DNA of 32,000 nucleotides from NCBI GenBank assembly GCA_024277355.1, contig JAJRVL010000002.1, forward strand, positions 1 to 32,000, written 5' to 3'. Below the pieces are notes generated by a model. It did not search any database, had not been told where the DNA came from, and was given only the letters and a program-made list of their open reading frames with translations. The number at the start of each line of letters is the position of its first letter. Position 1 is the first letter of the stretch. Below are positions 18,507-25,149 of the stretch, one piece after another. The DNA is from an archaeon (GTDB taxonomy: Archaea; Iainarchaeota; Iainarchaeia; Iainarchaeales; 1-14-0-10-31-34). The position numbers and the translations under genes were made by a program.

Positions 18507-18974
18507 TTATTTCATTTGCATTAACTTTTGAAATAAAAATAATTTTTTTGTTAAAAGTGAAGTTGAAATAAACTGGCCTTGTCTGAATTTTATTTTAACG
18601 GAATTTTCTTCAAATTCAATTTCAAAATCATAATTTTTTGTTATTATTGTTTTGCTTCCTTCTCCTGAAATATAAATGCCGTTAATGTTTCTTGCAATTT
18701 TTTCGCTTAAGGTTTTTGCTTTGATTTTTTCTGAATTAAAATCAATGTTTTTTTTTTGTTCAACTGAAACTGCAACAACTAAAGAAAACATTAAGAAGAG
18801 CAAAACAAGAGTTATTACAAATTCAGCTGAAATCTGCCCTCGCGGTTGCGTCCGCGAGTAACGCGTGCTATCTGCGATAGCACTGATTTTATTTCCGCTT
18901 TCGAGCGGGAGAACCGAGGCACGATTTCGCTGTTGCTCAATCCTGCTGTCATACTTTTTTGTTTTTTTTTTCAT
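18507..18974 (-). CDS. Class III signal-peptide pilin-like protein with anomalous GC-rich N-terminal extension
   Basis: RGQISAEFVITLVLLFLMFSLVVAVSVEQ matches the GQxSxEF motif; preceded by MKKKTKKYDSRIEQQRNRASVLPLESGNKISAIADSTRYSRTQP from an atypical-composition patch. Confidence 0.7.
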   Translation of the reverse strand: MKKKTKKYDSRIEQQRNRASVLPLESGNKISAIADSTRYSRTQPRGQISAEFVITLVLLFLMFSLVVAVSVEQKKNIDFNSEKIKAKTLSEKIARNINGIYISGEGSKTIITKNYDFEIEFEENSVKIKFRQGQFISTSLLTKKLFLFQKLMQMK

Positions 18975-18979
18975 TTATT

Positions 18980-21163
18980 TCACGGAGTCCTTTGAACAAT
19001 ATTAATATCATCAACATAAAAGTAATCTCTTCTGCCGCTCATTCCGGCATCAAATGCAATTCTAAAGTTGTTTGACAAAGGATATGCATTTAAGTCAAAT
19101 GAATAAAAATGATAAGTGTTGTCTGAGTCAGCTGAAGTAAAAATTTTTATTATAGTCCAGATAAACCCGTTAGAAGAAATGCTAACTCTTGTGGTGTCTC
19201 CTGATTCAAATGAATTAACTTTAGCCCAAAATTCCAGTCTTGGATTAGTATACGCACTTAAATCAACTGCTCTTTCAGCATATCCTGTGCTTCTTCTTAA
19301 TCTTAAATGATTTGGAGAACTATAAGGGGTTCCTCCGCTTCTGATTGAACTGTCTCCTGAATGAGTCCATGCATTTAGCCATCCTGTTCCTGAACTCCAG
19401 CTTGTATCAGGGAAAGTGTGGAATGCAATTATTATTGGGCCAGTTGAATTAATTATTATGGTTCTGTTTTCATCACTGCTTCCTGTATTTGGAACTGAGT
19501 AATCATCAGTGCAGTTTACATCCCAATAATAAGTTCCGTTTGAAGCAAAAGTTTTAGTAAAACTTTGAGTAATTCCTTCAGTTATTGAATTGTCTGTTTG
19601 GTCTATTATTCCATTAATAATCAATTCACAAAAATTAATTCCTGAATCAACATCATTTACCGTATAGTCAAACTGAACACTAAAACTGTTTGAAGTATAA
19701 CCTGTTGCAGGGCTTTCAAGCATTATTGTTGGCGGAGTGCTGTCTATTGTATAATAAGTTGAAGTAGTATAAGTGCTTCCGTCGCTAAATTCAAATGTAA
19801 TTCTAAAGTATTCTCCGTCATTATTAACTATTTCATCAAATCTTAATTCATTTCCTCCGCTAAAAGAAGTTGACGCATTAATTGTAAAATCTGTTACATT
19901 AATCCATTCTCCTGCATTTGCTGTTCCGTTCCAATAATCAGTTCCATCAAATCTTACTCTTTCTATAATAGCTGAATCCTGATCTGTTTCATTCCAGTCC
20001 CATACAATAATTCTTGAAATTGTAAGGCTTGTATTAATACTGGTGTTTTCTATTGTCCAGTTTCTTAATCTGTCTCCACCTCCATTAAATGACGCAGTAC
20101 TCCATGAGAAATTAAAGTTGTCTGACATATTGCTGACAGTAACATTTAATGAAATAAAATCTGAATTAATTCCATCTGAAGCAGTAACAGTTCCTGTGTC
20201 ACTGTTTGAACCCAAGGGAACATCAATAGTAACTGTAATTTGCTGGCAAGTATTTCCTGTTAAAGAATTAATTGTTGGAATTGCCTGAACCCAATCTCCT
20301 GCGTCTCCATTAGATGAAGTAAAAACAATATTAGTTAATGCAGTTGAAGTTGTATTGCATACTTGAAAGTTATTTGAATCTGAATAACCTGAATCAATTG
20401 AAGGACTCCATAAATCAGGAAAAATCATTAAAGGCTGGTTGCTTTCTCCGACAATTACTTCTAAAGTTAAAGGAACAATTATTTGTTTTGCTCCGTCAAT
20501 TGTATTTACATCAAAAATTAATTCGCCTGAATAATTTCCTACAGCAAATAAATTAGAAGTAAAATTTAAATCAATTCCAGTGTTTGAGTCAGCAGGAACA
20601 ACAAAAGAATTACTGCTTAATTGCAAAGTAACATTAGCTGAAGTCCAGACATAACTAACTGAAACACTTGCGTTTCCGCTTGTATTATTTATTACTTTAA
20701 TATTTTCTATTGCACTTGTATTCTGTGCTATAGTTGAATAAATACTTCCTTTGTCTGTTTCAATTTGAATATCTCCAATTAAAACATAACCTTCATAAGA
20801 AGTAATCCAAATCCAATGGCCCCCTGATTCAGTTGGAATGCTTCCTGTTACTTCAACTTGTGATTCAGAAATTACATCTGTTCCATTAATGTTTAGTCTT
20901 ATTGTTTTGTCTGAAATTGAACTTTTGTTTTCATCTATTCCTGATGGAATTGAAATAAAAATTTGTTTTTTTGTTCCAGGGCCAGAAACGAAAACTTCGT
21001 TAGCTGTACTTGCAAGTTTATTAACTGTATTTTGTGCTTCAGAATTTGCTTTAGCATAATTAATTGAAGTTATTTCATTGTTTGATACAGAAATAATTAA
21101 TCCAAGTACTACCATTGAAACTGCAAGAATAATTAATAATTCAACTGACGCCTGCCCTTTCAT
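18980..21163 (-). CDS. Large (727 aa) class III signal-peptide surface protein with Ig-like repeats
   Basis: MKGQASVELLIILAVSMVVLGLIISVSNNE start; long Thr/Ser/Asn-rich beta-type ectodomain with many N-x-S/T sequons; C-terminal SFESGDTTRVSISSNG...DYFYVDDINI jelly-roll-like region. Confidence 0.8.
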   Translation of the reverse strand: MKGQASVELLIILAVSMVVLGLIISVSNNEITSINYAKANSEAQNTVNKLASTANEVFVSGPGTKKQIFISIPSGIDENKSSISDKTIRLNINGTDVISESQVEVTGSIPTESGGHWIWITSYEGYVLIGDIQIETDKGSIYSTIAQNTSAIENIKVINNTSGNASVSVSYVWTSANVTLQLSSNSFVVPADSNTGIDLNFTSNLFAVGNYSGELIFDVNTIDGAKQIIVPLTLEVIVGESNQPLMIFPDLWSPSIDSGYSDSNNFQVCNTTSTALTNIVFTSSNGDAGDWVQAIPTINSLTGNTCQQITVTIDVPLGSNSDTGTVTASDGINSDFISLNVTVSNMSDNFNFSWSTASFNGGGDRLRNWTIENTSINTSLTISRIIVWDWNETDQDSAIIERVRFDGTDYWNGTANAGEWINVTDFTINASTSFSGGNELRFDEIVNNDGEYFRITFEFSDGSTYTTSTYYTIDSTPPTIMLESPATGYTSNSFSVQFDYTVNDVDSGINFCELIINGIIDQTDNSITEGITQSFTKTFASNGTYYWDVNCTDDYSVPNTGSSDENRTIIINSTGPIIIAFHTFPDTSWSSGTGWLNAWTHSGDSSIRSGGTPYSSPNHLRLRRSTGYAERAVDLSAYTNPRLEFWAKVNSFESGDTTRVSISSNGFIWTIIKIFTSADSDNTYHFYSFDLNAYPLSNNFRIAFDAGMSGRRDYFYVDDINIVQRTP

Positions 21164-21213
21164 TTTAAACCATAATTATAACAGAAAACTCTTTATTATA
21201 CTTTTTCAGTGAT

Positions 21214-21435
21214 TTAATAAAGAGTACTTAATACTTTTTTTGCTTTGGAATAAGTCCAGAAAGTTGCACCTAAAGCACACATTGAAACAAAATAAAAGAC
21301 AACAGCTGAGAATTCATATCCTGCAATTTGTGCTAAAATTCCTTCAAGAAAAGTTAAAATTGAAAAACTTATAAGTAATGCTCCGCTTAAAAGAAAAAAA
21401 GCAACTTTTATTCCTTGTTGTAATACACTATCCAT
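21214..21435 (-). CDS. Small two- to three-TM membrane protein
   Basis: ORF with SGALLISFSILTFLEGILAQIAGYEFSAVVFYFVSMCALGATFW, tightly placed between operon genes. Confidence 0.6.
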   Translation of the reverse strand: MDSVLQQGIKVAFFLLSGALLISFSILTFLEGILAQIAGYEFSAVVFYFVSMCALGATFWTYSKAKKVLSTLY

Positions 21436-21444
21436 AAAACCAAC

Positions 21445-22440
21445 TCAAAATATTTCTATGTCTGCATAAATTTTTATGCCTTCCTTTTCAAAATTTAATG
21501 CACAAACCTTGTTTGTGTGTTTGGTTCCGCGCATTTTAAGTATTTCAAGTGAATGAACTCTTACATCTTTTTCTTCTTTTTTTTCATAATATAATGAAAT
21601 TACTGCATCAACTAAAAATCCCACTGAACCTTTTGCTGTTTCAGCTTCTTTTGGAGACATTTCGCTTATAATTATTGAAGTACAGTTCCATTTCCTTAAT
21701 AACTCAAAAAATTTCAAAATGTTTTCTCTTTGCTGGTATTCGTCTCTGAATAATAAAGAATAAGATGTAATTGAATCAATTACTAATCTTTTGGCTCCCA
21801 TTTGATTTATTGCATCTCTTATTGGCCCGCCACCCTGATCTAATAATCTTCCAACCTGATGCGGTTTGTATTCAAGAACTCTGAATAAACCTTTTTTTTC
21901 TAAGTCTTCAAAATCCCAGCCATATTCTGCGTTATGCCTGTAATATGATTCTTTGCTTTCTTCAAAGCTGATTAATATTCCTGGTTCATTGTATTTTACG
22001 GCTCCGTAATATAAAAACTGTAATCCAAAAGTAGTTTTTCCTGTTCCTGCACTTCCTGCAACTAAAACAGTTGAATTTTTTTCTATGCCTCCTTCAATTA
22101 ATTCATCAAAACCAAAAATGCCTGAAGGAATTCTTTCTAATTGGTTTAATTTTTTTACTGGTTTTTTTGGTTCATTGAATTCGTTTGTTTTTTCTTCAGT
22201 TTTTATTTCTTTAATTGATTTGTCTTTTTCTGTTTTTGATTCAGTTGTTTCTAATTCTTTTTTTGTTTCTTCATTTAATGTTTTAATTGGTTTTTCTTCT
22301 TTTTTTGTTAGTTCTTTTTTTGAAGGGATTTTTGTTTCAAGTTCAGCAATGCTTGGTTTTTCTTTTATTTCTTTTTCTGACTTAATTTTATTTTTTTTTA
22401 AGTCAAGATTGCTTTCAATTACAACTTTTTTTTTTTGCAT
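21445..22440 (-). CDS. KaiC-like ATPase with long Lys/Glu-rich N-terminal extension
   Basis: IPSGIFGFDELIEGGIEKNSTVLVAGSAGTGKTTFGLQFLYYGAVKYNEPGI; KRLVIDSITSYSLL; about 100 aa charged low-complexity N-terminus. Confidence 0.88.
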   Translation of the reverse strand: MQKKKVVIESNLDLKKNKIKSEKEIKEKPSIAELETKIPSKKELTKKEEKPIKTLNEETKKELETTESKTEKDKSIKEIKTEEKTNEFNEPKKPVKKLNQLERIPSGIFGFDELIEGGIEKNSTVLVAGSAGTGKTTFGLQFLYYGAVKYNEPGILISFEESKESYYRHNAEYGWDFEDLEKKGLFRVLEYKPHQVGRLLDQGGGPIRDAINQMGAKRLVIDSITSYSLLFRDEYQQRENILKFFELLRKWNCTSIIISEMSPKEAETAKGSVGFLVDAVISLYYEKKEEKDVRVHSLEILKMRGTKHTNKVCALNFEKEGIKIYADIEIF

Positions 22441-22545
22441 TATTCTTCACTTTTTCCTTTAATAAAAAGAGTATTATTCTTTAAATAACTGTTTGTTTTT
22501 GCGTCTAAACAAAAAAAGACAACTTTTTTTTCAGATAAAAAAACA

Positions 22546-22603
22546 GCATGACTGAACAAAGTGAAGTCGTGCATCGTGCTTAAACGGTGAAACGTTTAAA
22601 AAA
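22546..22603 (-). ncRNA. Candidate small structured RNA (two hairpins followed by T7)
   Basis: GCATGACT/AGTCGTGC (one wobble) and TTAAACG/CGTTTAA stems; on the minus strand they precede TTTTTTT. Confidence 0.3.
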
Positions 22604-22636
22604 AAGAAAAAGAAAAAAGGCAGGGTGCCTTTTTTT
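22600..22636 (-). terminator. Hairpin plus T-tract downstream of the 119-aa membrane protein gene
   Basis: AAAAAAGGCA-GGG-TGCCTTTTTT inverted repeat immediately after the stop codon; minus strand continues TTTTTTCTTTTTCTTTTTTTT. Confidence 0.6.
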
Positions 22637-22994
22637 AAGATCTCATTGCAAGTTTATAGATTGCGACTACTGCAACAATTACTGCTGCTGGAGCTACAAA
22701 TACTGCGATATTTCCGAAAATGTTTGATAAGACTGTTCCTAATGGGTCGACAACTGAGTCAATTTCTCTAAATGCACTTATTGCGCCTGTTGCAAGTAAT
22801 GCAATAGCTGCAATTAAGAATGGAGTTGTTTCTTTGTCTTTAATATTTAACAATCCAACTAAAATTCCTAAAATGATTAAAACCAAAGGAACCCAGCCGG
22901 CAAATGCGCCTAAATAATTTACTGCAAAACCAGCAATTACTGCGATTACTACTCCTAGAATAAATGCATATTCTCCTATTTGCTCTAATTCCAT
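22635..22994 (-). CDS. Small multi-TM membrane protein, unknown function
   Basis: 119 aa, 3-4 hydrophobic helices; strong Shine-Dalgarno AAAGGAGGG upstream of ATG. Confidence 0.75.
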   Translation of the reverse strand: MELEQIGEYAFILGVVIAVIAGFAVNYLGAFAGWVPLVLIILGILVGLLNIKDKETTPFLIAAIALLATGAISAFREIDSVVDPLGTVLSNIFGNIAVFVAPAAVIVAVVAIYKLAMRS

Positions 22995-23119
22995 TTTTTC
23001 CCTCCTTTTTTGTTTAAATTAAAAACAATTTATTATATGGATTTCTCATTTCTCATTTAAATTCTTTTGCTTTTAGAATTTTCTTGTTTTTTCAGTAAAA
23101 AAAGAGTAAAATTAGAATA

Positions 23120-23395
23120 ATGCAGGCGTGTTTTGAAGTCGAATTAAAACCGAAAATTAAATTAGCCCTTGAATGCTCTAGCTTCCGTTGCTCCCAAAAG
23201 CATTAAACAATAAAATTTCCGCTGCACCCTTCCAGGCCTGACGGGTTGACTTTAAGGCTTAATCTTAGGGGACAGAAGTTCATTGAAACAACCAAGGATT
23301 TAATTTCCTGAATTAAATCCTTCCCCAAAACTTCGGCTCCTGCTAAAGCAGATTTCAGGTAACAGAGAACTGCTAACTCTCCAGCCTAGCCTGCA
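23120..23395 (-). ncRNA. Archaeal signal recognition particle (7S) RNA
   Basis: Minus strand starts GCAGGCTAGGCTGGAGAGTTAGCAGTTCTCTGTTACC...GCAGGAGCCGAAG (Alu-domain consensus) and contains GTCAGGCCTGGAAGGGTGCAGCGG (helix 8/GGAA core). 5' GCAGGC pairs with 3' GCCTGC. T-rich run follows. Confidence 0.92.
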
Positions 23396-23451
23396 GTAAA
23401 AATATTAATAAAAAAGGTTTAAAAAGATAAAAAACCAAGTTATTTGGTTTT

Positions 23452-23853
23452 ATGAGTGATGTAAAAGGAGCTGCAAAAAATGCAGCAAAAGCAGAAGGAA
23501 AATTAGCAACTGAAATAGCTAAATGGACTGCAAAAAAAGCAGCAGTTTTGGCAATTGCAGGAGCTGTTGGAATCACAGGATTAAGTTTAGCAAATTTTAC
23601 AATAACTCAACTTGATGCATTAATAAGACTTGGAGGTAAAGCAGGTTATCATTATAGTGCAGGGCAAGTTTTTGTTGATGCAAAAACAAAAACACAAAAT
23701 GCACAAAAACTAAAAAAACAATGGAGAGCTTTTGTTGAAAACCAGTCTAATAAGAAAGTACCTCTAAAACACCCTTATGGAAAAGCAGCATTAGGTATTG
23801 CAGGATTAGCTGCATTTAAAGCAAGAAAAAAATGGCGAAAGATGAGAAAGTAA
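23452..23853 (+). CDS. Small basic hypothetical protein (133 aa) with Ala/Lys-rich N-terminus
   Basis: Open frame with GTTTTATG start context and typical codon use. No family recognised. Confidence 0.6.
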   Translation: MSDVKGAAKNAAKAEGKLATEIAKWTAKKAAVLAIAGAVGITGLSLANFTITQLDALIRLGGKAGYHYSAGQVFVDAKTKTQNAQKLKKQWRAFVENQSNKKVPLKHPYGKAALGIAGLAAFKARKKWRKMRK

Positions 23854-23899
23854 GACTATTTTTAAAACCATTTTTAATTTTTTTTGTTTTAATTTATTT

Positions 23900-24505
23900 A
23901 TGAATTTTTTTAATTTAGATTTTTTATCGAAAAAAATCTTTTCATCTAAACCAATTTTAATTTTTTTAATTCTGGCAAATTTCCTTGGGGCGGTTTATGG
24001 GTTTATAATTTATTACGGCCAGCAATTCATGCAAACGCCTTTGCATTTATGGTTGTTTGTTCCTGACTGTCCTTTATTTTCGTTTTTAATGGCTTTGTCT
24101 TTTTTTTTGATTTTAATTAAAAAAGAGTCTTCTTTTGTGTTTTTTTTTACTTTAGTAGGGAGTTTAAAATATGGTTTTTGGGTGGTTTTTGTTTTATTAT
24201 TTTATAATTCTTTTTATTTTACGCCTAAATTTTTTGTTGTTCCTTTATTTTTATTAATTTCGCATGCATTTCTTTTTTTTGAATCATTTTTATTAATTAA
24301 GAAAATTCGTTTTAAATTATTTTATTTAATTCTTGTTTTAGTTTTCTTTTTGGCAAATGATTTTTCTGATTATTTTTTTAATACTCATCCGCCGGTTCCT
24401 TTGAATGAATTAAATTTCTTGTTTTATTTTACTGTAGGGTCTTCTTTGTTTTTTGCTGGTTTAGCTTTATTCCTGTATCGTAATGCAGTTAACAGGACAG
24501 CTTGA
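23900..24505 (+). CDS. DUF1405-like integral membrane protein
   Basis: LANFLGAVYGFIIYYGQQFMQTPLHLWLFVPDCPLFSFLMA...LKYGFWVVFVLL...DYFFNTHPP resembles the DUF1405 family pattern as I recall it. Confidence 0.7.
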   Translation: MNFFNLDFLSKKIFSSKPILIFLILANFLGAVYGFIIYYGQQFMQTPLHLWLFVPDCPLFSFLMALSFFLILIKKESSFVFFFTLVGSLKYGFWVVFVLLFYNSFYFTPKFFVVPLFLLISHAFLFFESFLLIKKIRFKLFYLILVLVFFLANDFSDYFFNTHPPVPLNELNFLFYFTVGSSLFFAGLALFLYRNAVNRTA

Positions 24506-24652
24506 AGCAGCTTCTTTATTGCAGCCAACTTCATTTAATTCAGTTTTAATTGGCTGGCTTTTTCCTTCAATCATTTCCCAGTTATCTGGGCATATTGCGG
24601 CACAAGCTCCGCATCCAATACATGCTTCTTTATCTTGAGTTATTTTAATCAT
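24467..24652 (-). CDS. Small ferredoxin (Fe-S)
   Basis: CIGCGACAAICPDNWEM...GCNKEAASSCPVNCITI. Confidence 0.88.
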   Translation of the reverse strand: MIKITQDKEACIGCGACAAICPDNWEMIEGKSQPIKTELNEVGCNKEAASSCPVNCITIQE

Positions 24653-24800
24653 TTTTTATCCCTCTTATTTGAATTTCTTTCTTTAAATTATTCAAACTAT
24701 TTTTTTTTATATTTATTGGATGCTTTTTCAGGATTAAGGCTTTAAATGTTTTGATAAAATAATCTTTTTACAGCCTAATATAATGAATTAAGGTGTTATT

Positions 24801-25130
24801 TTGTCTCAAGATGAAACTCTCTCTAAAATTAAACAAGCAGAAGAATCAGCAGCTAAAAAACTTGATTTAGCTGAAAAAACCAAAGAAAATTTGATTGAAC
24901 AGGCGAAAACTGATTCAATTTCTTTGATTACTGAAGCAGACAACAAAGACAACGAATTTAGGGAAAAAGAAATCCAGAAAGCAAAAGAAAAAATAAATAA
25001 AACAAAAGAAAAGCTGATTAATGAAAACAATTCTTCAACTGATTTAATAAAGAAAAAAGCTTTATCTAAAATTAAATCTGAAGCAAAATTTATTGTAAAA
25101 AAGTTTTCAGAAGAAGCATTTAGTTCTTAG
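24801..25130 (+). CDS. atpH: A/V-type ATP synthase subunit H (TTG start)
   Basis: Coiled-coil Lys/Glu-rich protein at first position of the operon; AAGGTG Shine-Dalgarno then TTG. Confidence 0.75.
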   Translation: MSQDETLSKIKQAEESAAKKLDLAEKTKENLIEQAKTDSISLITEADNKDNEFREKEIQKAKEKINKTKEKLINENNSSTDLIKKKALSKIKSEAKFIVKKFSEEAFSS

Positions 25131-25149
25131 TTAATATTATGTGTTTTTT

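Noticed and set aside
18839-18956. GC-rich patch as a tRNA or SRP/RNase P fragment
   Set aside because: No cloverleaf, no T-loop consensus and no SRP or RNase P core motif could be found on either strand. It is kept only as an unassigned structured insert.
22546-22603. Candidate RNA as a C/D box sRNA
   Set aside because: No convincing C box (RTGATGA) with paired D boxes (CTGA) at proper spacing on either strand.
23373-23576. 67-aa minus-strand ORF MIPTAPAIAKTAAFFAVHLAISVANFPSAFAA...
   Set aside because: It is antisense to the 133-aa ORF and runs into the SRP RNA. The hydrophobic Ala-rich product is what antisense of an Ala/Lys-rich gene would give.
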